A stretch of DNA of 63,962 nucleotides, the filler included, from Sluysia triapertura (Eukaryota): the NCBI GenBank assembly GCA_046118255.1. It is 5 parts of 5 records of this genome, joined end to end, with 100 filler letters (N's around TTAATTAATTAA, not from the genome) between each part and the next. Parts side by side here need not be neighbours in the genome. Positions count along the whole stretch, not along the records: positions 36,741 to 52,666 come from JBJNIA010214809.1; positions 52,767 to 63,962 come from JBJNIA010187557.1; 3 more parts are not named here. One strand, 5' to 3'. Position numbers and translations under genes: made by a program. The notes beneath the pieces are model-generated. The model did no database searches and had not been told where the DNA came from. It was given only the letters and a program-made list of their open reading frames with translations. Within the stretch, counting starts at the first letter, position 1. Each line of letters starts with the position of its first letter. This document shows, in pieces, positions 42,657 to 54,110 of this stretch.

Positions 42657-45600
42657 TATTTAGTTGATTTGTTGATGAAAGTTCAGTCTTGAAGAAAGAA
42701 GATTAAATATTATATTTCAAAAAAAATACAATTTCTAGTATTTTTGATTGACTGAAAGCAACTAAAAATAAAAACATTCCGTTTTTTACCTTTAATTTCT
42801 CCAATAAATAAATATTTATTAGCATGATCATGACACATTTTAGTAATAATCGTTACATTTATTTTAAATTGATTTAATTTCTTTTATGCTTCATTGTATG
42901 AAAGTTTTAGACTAGAGCAAAATATTTACGTACCCAAAAGCTATCTTAAGTAACAAATACAAAAGTCTTAACGAACGTTTTTTAAAAACTTACGAGAAAG
43001 TAGAAATAGATACTTAAAAAGAATTAAATATTCATGGAAAACATAAAGAAAATAGCCAATAATTTGTTGTAATTAATTAGTACTAATTGAACATAATTAT
43101 TAATGAAACAAAAAATATGCTACAAAATAAATACTAACAAGCACAAACATATATTAGTTAACAAAGCGAATATAAATGAATAAAAGTACATGATTGGTGT
43201 GCTGGTCTGACTCATTATATATGATTTTATTACAATGTCACTTCATAACAAAGTTTTAACCCTTAACATAATTAAAAAAATTTCCACTTTAAATCACATA
43301 ATCGTCAACAATTACACAACCCTTCTCACACTTTATGTCTTACAAGTTTCACAATCAACCATTTAACATTAACATTACACGGGACAAATTCATCTTACAT
43401 ATTATCGAGGACACAAACAATTTATATTCGTGTAACAGTAAAGCAAGAGGTCAACATAATCCAGAAATTCATCCCAGATACACGTCTTTAGAACACCAAA
43501 TAACAATATTTCAAAGACAAAAAGTCGTCACACTTTACAATAGTCAATTCATTTTACAAACGTCGGTCAACAAATAAATCTAATATTCAATTATTCAACT
43601 CGTGATAGAGCGGTTTTTCTCAAATGAAAAAATTCGGTGGTAGTAATAATGTTAACATTAAGCAAACATTACAAATAAATGTACCATTTTTTGCTGATCT
43701 GATTGAAACCTCGATAAATTTTTTGTCGGACAATGCAGCGTTTTGATAGTGAAACAGTTAGTTTTGCCATTTTGTGTTTGTATTTTCCGATTTCTAATAT
43801 GCATTACGGAGATTTCGTTGGATTTGAAGAAACGTTACCATTATTGCACCCCGTGACTATGAAATTGTCTCTTATTCATCACTAGTCATTTCAATTTTTG
43901 ACGAATTAGTATGGCAACTTTTGGAGCAAAAACAAATTTCAAAAAATGCCGTAGTTTACCAATAGCAAAAATTTTACATCACTCCAAAACAATTTCTAAT
44001 CAGATAAATGTAATAAATTAATAGTTCAGTTAATAGTCGAACTAAATTTAGTTCATAGAAGTCAAAATTCGTATTATAAGAGACTTCACATGGTCCTAAA
44101 ATGGCTGGAACAGGATTATCTTCTACTAGCTTCTTGGGAGCTTGTGTTTTTTTTACCGCGTTTCTACAAACATAAATGATACATTCATTTGTTGAGTGTA
44201 CAGGGTAGTCAGATTGATTTAAATAATTTAATTTAATTCTTTAATAACTTTAAATTCCAATCTCAGAAAATCAATTATATTTATATTTTTGTATCACAAT
44301 TAACAAAACTTATAGTTATCATAAATATAAGTTACACAACAATTATCACGAATAAAAGTTAAATATTAAAAAATAAAGATTATAAACATGAAATTTTAAA
44401 TTAAAAATCAAGTACAAGTTAATTAATTATTAAATTTAAAGCACTACTAACAAAAATTAAACAATTAAAAAATTGAATATCTTCACAAAATCAAATCAAT
44501 ATAATCAACGAAATAATAACAAACCATTATCCCACATAATGCAATTTGAATCGAACACAAGGCTTTCCATTTAATGACGTTAGATGAAATATAATTCTAG
44601 ATTCACAATTCCAATAATTTTTGTTGATTAATTAGAAACGAAACCAGCTTATTTATATTGTTAATTTTTATTCATATTTATCTCTAGAATCCATAATTAA
44701 CAAATAACACAAAATCTACATGCACTCAATTTCTTTCTGTGCATGAAACTAATACTCATTAGTCAAACCAAATTAGATTAAGTCCAACATTTTTCACTTT
44801 AATCCGAAGTTATTTTGCAAAACGTACATTAATAAATATAATTTCATCAGTTTTATAACTTAAAACATAATTTAAGGTTTTTTCATGTGTTATCTGAAAA
44901 TGTCTTATCTCATTGCCATTTTTCTTGTTGAAATTGATTTATCCATTAATCATTTTTATTATAATTATTATCATTTTTATTTCTATTATTTATTATTATA
45001 AAAATTTTATTAGTAATTTTGTAATTATAATAATTATTATTAATTTTCTTTATTTCTGCAATTTCTTTCAATATTAATAAATATCTTTAATTTTCAATTT
45101 TATTATTAATTTCAAAATTTCTTCAAATTTTATTATTAAATTAATTTTGTTTTTAATATGATTTTTATTTTAAAGTTAATTATTATTACTAATTTAATTT
45201 TTTAATATTAATTTAATTTCAGATCCACACCTGTAAGATGATTTTTCTATAAGTCCTGAATAGGTTTATTGGGTATATGTTTTTGTGTAAGATATTATTG
45301 TGAATAGAATTTTTGTTCTAAGTATTATGGTTTTGTTGGTTTATAAATAGTATTTGATTTATGTCGAGCATTAATAAAACAAGTGGTTGTCATAAAATTA
45401 TTCGAGATTTCATTATCACATTTTATAGAGTGATAAAGATTGTTTATTTTTGGTTTGTTTTGATGGGTGAATGTGTATAAAAAATTTAATTAAATATAAT
45501 TAAAATTATGAGCAGAAATAACTTTTTAATTCTCAAAGTTTCTTTAATGACCTTATTAATCAAGGCTTTCATTAAAATATGTTTAGATAACAAGTTTCCG

Positions 45601-48600
45601 CTCAAATTTATTTATTTATGCCTGGATTTATTTATTCCTTAAATTTGTATCTTTATGACTCAAATTTATCATGTTAGCGCATAACACATTTATTATGTTT
45701 TGGGTCAGAATTACTCTAAAAGAATAATAGTTGAAACACGTATATAAAACAAAATTGAAACGAATAAAACAGATAAAAATGAACTTTAACAATTACAGCA
45801 TAAATGACTTTTGTTTTTCTTTCTTTCTCGATGAATAGCCTTTCAAACTAGTCAAGTCAGTATCAGACTAAGTTGAATGGAACAGCAACATATTCGATTT
45901 CCTTCTATTTACACTTTTCGCATGAATATGTAAAATTTTATGGTAATTATTTATTTAATTTCTTACGATATTAGACTTACTCACTTAAGGGCAAATACGT
46001 ATAAAATAGTTATTTTGAGGTTTTTTTATATCTTAAAGTGTCAGCAGACTAGTTAAAGAACTATTGCTATAATGTCAGGGATTCAGTTTCTGTCTTATTT
46101 CAATGACAGAATTATGTAATTTACGTCGTATCCCAATTAAAAAGGATCTTCAAAAATGAAATTTAATATTAAACTACCAAAAACACAGGATTTTTGGGTT
46201 AGTTTATAACTATGTAAGTTAAATGCTACGAAAGTAATTTAATTAAGAAAACACAATGTGAATAATTTATATTAGGATAAATCCTGGAAGGCTGCAAATC
46301 TTCGTTATAATAAATATATAAAGATTACAAAAATTCGATACTAATGGTAATAATTTTTTCTTACGATAATTTTTGAAATTAAATTTTACTTCAACCCTTT
46401 AAACGGTTGAATAAAATAATATTAAAAGATTTTAAGTAGGATTTTTTGTCAACACTAAACGGTTCCAAAAACTTAAATAAACTGACCAATGGATTATTCT
46501 TTTGGATGAATATGGTTTTGAATCGATGCCGTTGTTCTCTACACTATCAGAATTTATGTAATATCCAGACTACGTCGAAGGTAAAATTTTTTCTGTGTAT
46601 GATTTTAAAAATTCGTTGATTGACTGTCATAAATTTATGTTGTTAGTTATTGTTGTTGTGAAATATTATGTGAAGTATTATATATTTATACTGAATTTTC
46701 AAGGCCACATGAAAAAATTTAAACAATAGCTTTTTATTAATTAAATATAATTTTACAAATTATTTGTTAAAAATCCATTATTTTAAATAATCCATTAATC
46801 AAATTAAAGTAAACTTAAATTATTATTAATAAATTAATGTTATTGATTATTATTAATTAATGTCATTTAATTAATGTTAAAATAAAATTATACATATAAT
46901 TAAGAAATAGTGATTTTCAATATAAAGTTATACATATAATCAAAAGTTAGATTATTCATAAATTACATAAGTTGACTTTGTTCATAAAAATTACAAACAT
47001 ACAAGTTGACTTTTTACAAATACATAACTTTATATTTTAACTAAATTGTTCATAAAACTTTTTGTAATTTTTGCTATATTTCATCAATTCATCTAACGAT
47101 CCTAAACATTTATTTACCAAATTGTCAGAGATTATATTCATTTTTATTTTATAATATTTTACGATTGATATTCAAAAACAAATCTTCACTGTTAACAACT
47201 TTCATATGGCTCAAATACTCCGCAAAAAATCTTCAAAATTGTGCATGATGCATACTGACTTTAAATATGATTTAATATTATTTGATATTTCGTTTATCAA
47301 ACGAATAAAATAGAACAAAATTCGAAACTCAAACTGACAATAAAATACTTCATGGCTATATAATTCTCCCAGTTTAGATACGTTGGTTTCACATTCTAAA
47401 TTTTGTTTGTTTACTTTATTTTATTTAAAAAGAGGATTCATTAGAAATAACCTGAGTACTTAGGAAAGTAGAACACATATCAACATTCTTTTTGTTCAAA
47501 TTGTGCATTTTTATAAGTACACCTTTCTTTCTCTTAATCTGCCTTGTAATATTTGAGAATTCATTGAATGGAATCATATCTTTAATACTAAAATTGGTAC
47601 TATTATTATATGCCGTTGAAACTGATTGACCATAACGAATAAATATTGTAATTCTCTTGTTCGTTAAAAGGGTAACAGTGGTATTAATTACAGCCGAATT
47701 AATACTGCTGTTTAAAATCTTTAATTTAGATGTTTCCTGGTATATGTTATATTCGAAAACAATCGCATTAAGATTTTAAATATATTAATCATAACTGACC
47801 CTTTACATTACCTTTTAATTTAATTAGCAATTCTTTAACTTCATATATTTCTGTATAAACTGTAAGTAGCTATACCCATTTCAAAAATGATATTATTCTG
47901 AGTCTAAACAGTACCAGATTCAACTGTAGATGCACTTTTAGGATAGACATATAACGTAATGTGATAATAATGTTTCATATTATTACTCTTCTTTATCTTC
48001 AACTAAGATAAAATTCTGATTTTTTTCATTAATTTTAACTAGAATCTAGGCCTAAAATTAAAATCAAATAATAAAAAATAAAAATATTATAATAACGTAT
48101 TGTGAAGATCTGAAATAAAAAATAATTTAAATTGAAATTAATTAATGTAAAAATAAATTAACAAAATTTAATGATTTTAATAAATTAAAGAACGAAATCA
48201 TAAAAATTTTAATGACTTTAATTAAAACGAAAATTAATTCACAAAAATTTTAATTGTGAAATTTAATAGCCAAAATCAAAGGTGATATGAGTAAAAATTT
48301 TATTAGTTAAATGATTTTGTATAAATAGCGTAATGGAGTAATGTTAATTTACAAAAAAAAGAAAAATATAACGATATTAACAGTTAAAGAGGATTTTATA
48401 GTCTAAAGTCTCGTTTAATATCGCAAAAGGATTTTTTCAATCAGTTCCAGATCATTACAGGCCTTTCTTTTATTTCGATAATTCAGTAAGTTTATAATTT
48501 TAAGGTTCTTCTTCCTTAAGGAAGAAACAAAATCAAACTTAAATTTCACCAATTTGCAAGCTAGCTTAAGCTAGTTGAATCTCATTTTTAAAATTTCTAT

Positions 48601-49330
48601 TTTATATTCAAAAAGGAAAAATTTTATTGCACTAATATTTTATTTATTTAATATGTATTGGTGTGACATTTTATATCATAATTGTATAATCTTTTGCATC
48701 ACAACTGTTATGTATACTTTCGTTATTTGCTTATTTTCTTTTAATAATTAACATAGTTAATAGAATAGAGTTATAAAGCTTTAATAATAGTAGATCAGAT
48801 TAACAAGACAGTTAATCTGTTAACTAACGAATTATAAAGAAAATCTTTTAAGGATCGCACTTTTGTTGCAATTAAAACCTACGAATACGTCTTCTATGAT
48901 GCAAACTGTATAACAAATGTGGACTCATGATAATAAGAGTTACTCTATTTTGCTTCGATTTAATATAAAAAACACCGCAGTAATAATAAATTGACAAAAT
49001 TCTTATTAATAAAAATTAATAATAAGAATTACTAATATTTAATAACAATAAAAAATAAAAATTTAATTATAAATATTCGATTTAACAACTAAAAATGACA
49101 AAATAACAATAATAGAAATATTTAGTTGCCGTATTAGCGAAATATTTGATATTAAATGATGTAGAAATAGTCTTAGAGGTGTTTAAGTGCAAAGAAATAT
49201 GAAGATACAATAATAAATGATTGAGTGTGAATTAGTAGTTTTGTGTAAATGTTAAAAATGCATTTTTTGGTATTTGAGATGATGCATTATGATTTGGTTC
49301 ACCACATAGTAATTTGAAAATCTTGTTTAA

Positions 49331-50015
49331 CCCCTTAACGTTCAATTTGTTTTCAAAAAAACTCATTTTTTTATTGTTGCATTATTTACTAAACTATATT
49401 TTAGTGTAATATTTACAAAAAAAATTCAAAAACAAAAAAAACAATGAAAAATATGATATTTATTTGCTTCCAGTCATCAATATCTTCATCACAGGAGCTA
49501 TCTTCAGATTCAGATTCATTATCACTCTCCTCCACATCACTTACTGACAAATCTGCATACTCAAAATCGCTTTCTGAATCACTCATTTTTATTAAATTAT
49601 GCTAAAATAAAAATTAAAATAAAACTTTTCCCTAGACAGGCCTGACTAAACAATAATAAACAATAGTAATATAGATATAAATAAATATAGGTGGACATTT
49701 TATCATCAATATTTGTATAATAAATTTTTATACATAACCTTACGTTTTTATCTACTTATGTTTATTTTATGGATAGAGAAAAACAACATTTTAGGCCGTA
49801 AAAATATTAAAAATATATAAAATTATGTTAATACTAAAGAAATAACCCTTTTCTTATAAAATCGTAAATTTTTCGCATATTTTTTTATTGCTTGAGTTTA
49901 AACGATTGTGATTATTATAGTAATACGAAAAGTGTTGACGCTCGAATTAACTCGAGTGTGCTCATTTCTGCAGGTTTACCTTGCTCGAGTTAATTCGAGT
50001 GTGCGAGTTAAGGGG
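49331..50015 (-). mobile_element. Internally deleted piggyBac element (685 bp)
   Basis: TTAA|CCCCTTAAC ... GTTAAGGGG|TTAA. Retains an acidic N-terminus MSDSESDFEYADLSVSDVEESDNESESEDSSCDEDIDDWK from 49586 (-), typical of piggyBac transposases. Twin CTCGA..TCGAG palindromes lie at one end. Confidence 0.82.
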
Positions 50016-50527
50016 TTAATTGATTAAATTTAAATTACAAAGAATTTTAAAAGATTCATAGTTATTTAACTAAATTTCGGTTAAATCTTACCGACTAACA
50101 TAAATTGCCTACTCTCAGTTATAAGAATTCAAACTCTTCATTCTTGATTGTAGGTTTAATATTTAAAATTAATAAAAACTCCTCAACATTATTTATTGAA
50201 AATTTTTTCTTTTGCAATGCATTATCGTTACAAAAGAAGTGATTATGATGCATGATAAATGCTAAAATTGGTAATGAAATTTTTAATGAATCAATAACAA
50301 ATTCACAAGTAATTGCAACTATTACTGGAATTCACGCCTACTTGAGGTGAAATTAATTATACTCGAGTACATTTTTTTGTATTTTGAAAAAATTTATTTA
50401 TATTTTATAAATTTTGTAAAAACAAATTTGATATAATATACATGGAATGGAATAATTACAAAATAATTATTAAATGCCTTGTTTAATATATCTTATTTTC
50501 TACATATAATACAAAATTTTTAGATGC

Positions 50528-50870
50528 ATGATGAGGAGACGAAGTTATACTATAAAAGAAAAACTTGAAATTCTTCAAAAATTAAGAGAATTAAGAGAAA
50601 TATCTCAAAAACGGCTCGGAAGTGAATGTTGATAATAAAATGATTCGTGACTGGAGAAACAATGATAATAAGCTTTTAAACAGTAGTAAATCAACCACAA
50701 AAAATCGGAAGTGGTAGAAGAGCACAGTTCTGTGAGTTAGAAATACTTTATGCGTCAGTTCGTGAAAGTTCATAAGCGAATATGTTTAAATAGGAGTTGA
50801 GTGCTGAATTAAAAATAGCAGCAAAAGTAAGCAACAGTTGGATTTTGAAATTTCTAAAATTCAGAATCTT
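50528..50870 (+). mobile_element. pogo/Tigger-like transposase remnant (DNA-binding region)
   Basis: MMRRRSYTIKEKLEILQKL..., VDNKMIRDWRN, RAQFCELE and AKVSNSWILKF across frameshifts correspond to the two HTH domains of pogo/CENP-B-like proteins. Confidence 0.72.
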
Positions 50871-51071
50871 AAAAATTCAAACAAAATAAAAACTGCTATC
50901 AAAGCACCAAAGAAGCACTAAGATTATTCTCATTTAAAAGAAAAAAGCATTTGCCATCATTACATAATAACTTAACATTGTATGCAATATAAAATATAAA
51001 TTCCAATATTAATATTTCGCAATTATTGGGAATAAATTCATCTAATTATAGTCTTACTTTAAAATAATTAC

Positions 51072-51209
51072 CTTCCTTCACAAGAGAATAGTCTACAGTT
51101 AACCATAGTTTATTGTCGAAATTTTTAACTTTTCTACCAAACTTTTTCATTTCTGATGGATGATCTGCCTGCATTATTAATTTAGCAGTTTCATTATCTT
51201 TGAAAAATT
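51072..51209 (-). CDS. NADAR (YbiA/DUF1768) domain gene, exon 2
   Basis: CAG acceptor. (E)FFKDNETAKLIMQADHPSEMKKFGRKVKNFDNKLWLTVDYSLVKE fits the NADAR LFxD...PxxxKxxGRKVKNFD...W motif. GTAATT donor. Confidence 0.88.
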
Positions 51210-51319
51210 CTGAATGATAAAATTGCTATTAGGTCTAATACATAAAATCTAATAATGGAAATAAATTAAAAATATAAAAAGTTTGAATGCATTGTATGAA
51301 TTAAATGAATTAAATTAAC

Positions 51320-51449
51320 CTGCTTTCTTAAACATCATATACTGTTCACAACAAGAATATGTTTTATGTCCATCACTAAATGAACTGGGATACCACTGAC
51401 TCAAGATATCATTTTCCAACCAAAAAAGTACAAAATTATTTTTAATCAT
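51320..51449 (-). CDS. NADAR (YbiA/DUF1768) domain gene, exon 1
   Basis: Manual translation MIKNNFVLFWLENDILSQWYPSSFSDGHKTYSCCEQYMMFKKA fits the NADAR pattern FFW...SQWYPSxF...YxxxEHYMMxxKA. ATG start and phase-1 GTTAAT donor. Confidence 0.88.
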
Positions 51450-52816
51450 TTATAATCCCGATAAATTTATTATTAATTCATGATCTTAAGAAAAAAATTT
51501 TCTGACATAAAAAATGCAAATTATAAAATTTGGAGTTTTAAATTTATATATATGTTATGACGAAAATAAATAATTTCAATGTATAACGCGAGAAAATTAA
51601 AACAAATATAACTTTTGGTGCAAGTTTAACAAAATCTATCCAAATTATTATGTTAAAAATATATTGTAATAAGATTTGTGGAAACCAAAATGAATGTATT
51701 TAATAGAAAAATATATTTATAGAATACATAATGATAATAAGATAAATTATGGCCAATTTGCCTGTTCTTTCAAAAACATACAACTGCCATCAACTACAAT
51801 TAATGTATTATTCGTGAACATTAAAATTAAATATTAGTGATATAAATAAATATTTATTATTAGTAGCTATTTAGAAACTTCAAGAGAACCTGTAACAGTA
51901 TTTGTATCTGTTAATAAAGATAAGATTCCAGAACCAATTACAAATGAAGAAACTAAAACATTTCTCGTATATTTGAATCACGACAATGCAAATTTAGATA
52001 ATTTATTCGGTTCGAATTTAACACGATATCAAATCTAATTTAGTTATATTAAGTAGGGTTGACAACCTATATAAGTTTAAAGCAGGAAAATTATTAAGAA
52101 AATTTGGATCAACAGAAAGAGTTAATGAACAAGACCTTAATGTATGTTAAGATAATAATTAATGCTATAATGGAGTGCCAAGATACAACAATGATAAAGA
52201 AAATTATTGAATTATTAAGTTAAACGATCCATCTATATGTTTGGATTGTCAGAAAATAAAGTTACTGAAAGGATATTGCAGCTTGAAGGAAAAGGGATCA
52301 ATATTTATAAAGTTTTACGAAAAATTTATAAGTATATTAATTAATTAGTTAAATTAGAATTGTTTAAAAATCATTTTTAATCAATTGTTTGGATTAGTGA
52401 AAGGTAAAGGTAAACTATATTGAGGAATTTAGATAGGGGATTATGATGAATTGTAATGATAATGTTGATACAACAATGATAATTTATCAATGACTCATTT
52501 TGTTTTCTATTCTTCTCATTTTGTTTAAAAAATTATTTATATAATTTTATTGATTTTATTTTTCAACAATTTTGAAATTTAATTTAAAATAAAGGTACGT
52601 GTAATTTTTGTAATTTTTAAATCTTATTTTTATTAAAATTATTATTTTTAAATTATTTTAACTAAANNNNNNNNNNNNNNNNNNNNNNNNNNNNNNNNNN
52701 NNNNNNNNNNTTAATTAATTAANNNNNNNNNNNNNNNNNNNNNNNNNNNNNNNNNNNNNNNNNNNNCTAAGCGATTTTAAATACTTATTTTATATTAGAT
52801 ATTAGCTCTACATAAA

Positions 52817-52847
<31 letters not shown>

Positions 52848-53319
52848 TGTGTACAACTTTCGTATTATAATTTGAAAATTATTATGTACTTTTGTAAATA
52901 AAATCAGATAAAAGTGCATATTTTCTATCACTTTTGTGTGCGTCTATATTAAATTTGTGTGCTGAATATTATCATAATTACTCTCCCCTGTTCATACATT
53001 TATTTGATTGATTTTGTGCTTCGTAATTGTGTTAAATATAGACCAATATTTTCATTTTTACTGCATGTATGTATGACTAACAAAATATCCTTATTATACC
53101 TAATTATATTGTTTCATATGACTCATTAAATATTTAGAAACATTCGTAGACTATGATTAGTAAGTGGTGTATTTGTTTATTTCGACTTAAAGCTTATTTT
53201 GTCTAGTTAATTGTAATTTTGAAATAGTGTTTTTTAATAAAAAAAATAAACGGAAGTAGTTTCTTTTAGTACATATAAAATAATGATATAAGTTTGTTAA
53301 TACTGTTATTTTACTCTAG

Positions 53320-53427
53320 GGTTATCTGTACAAAAAGTCCAGTAATCAATTAAATAAAGATCGCAAGAATAGAAAATACGTTACATTAACAGATGATGGA
53401 AAATTGACTTACTATGCAAATATGAAT
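53320..53427 (+). CDS. AGAP: AGAP/centaurin-gamma ArfGAP, PH-domain exon
   Basis: [36 protein letters not shown] resembles AGAP GxLxKRSxKSLNKEWKKKYVTLxDxGxLTYH. Canonical splice sites and a 50-nt intron follow. Confidence 0.88.
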
Positions 53428-53477
53428 GTTAGTTCGCGCTTATTTCATTAAACTCACTGTACTGTTGTGTGTTTTAG

Positions 53478-53649
53478 GATTACATGAATCAAGTTCGTGG
53501 AAAAGAAATCAATTTACAATTGACATCTATTAAATTACCAGGTGTGCCGTACAGAAACAGTTGTTTGCCTGTTTCTGCTACTCCGAACAGTGCCAATTCC
53601 GGAGCTCCAAATTTCAATTCTCCAGGTACGGCTACTCAGAAATCAAGTG
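53478..53649 (+). CDS. AGAP: AGAP/centaurin-gamma ArfGAP, split-PH exon
   Basis: DYMNQVRGKEINLQLTSIKLPG resembles AGAP DYMxNVHGKEIDLLRTTVKVPG, followed by a Ser/Pro-rich insert. GTTAGT donor. Confidence 0.88.
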
Positions 53650-53746
53650 GTTAGTAAATCATTAATATTTTTCCTGAACACACCTACGATACTTTATTCA
53701 AATTTACAATTATGATGTTTAATTTTGAAGTAATATTAAATATTAA

Positions 53747-54110
53747 GTGATCATGAAGGTGCATGGGATGCTTGAAATAGAGGTAGAATTTTAAACATGT
53801 GCTTTGGGAGCTGAAATAACTTCAGCGACGTAGAAAGATCTCATAAAGAGTATGCTATTGTTGAACCGCAGATTGAAATGTTTTTAATTAATATAGGATA
53901 AAAGAAGATCAGTTGTTTTCTAAGGTTTGAAACATTCGTACAGTGTTTCTCTGTGAATGTTTATTAGCAAATGCACATATAGATTGAAGTTTTGTTAATA
54001 ATGATGTAGATATTTATTTCTCTGCTGAGTTTTATAGAGTGCAGTGATTTTAAACTTTTTGAAAATAAATCGTTTTACAATTGTTAGTGCACATGCTCTA
54101 GTGGATCATC
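53747..54110. mobile_element. Possible TTAA-flanked (Kolobok-like) non-autonomous element in an AGAP intron
   Basis: TTAA|GTGATC...GCATG and CATGC...GGATCATC|TTAA imperfect termini, with raised GC. Confidence 0.3.
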
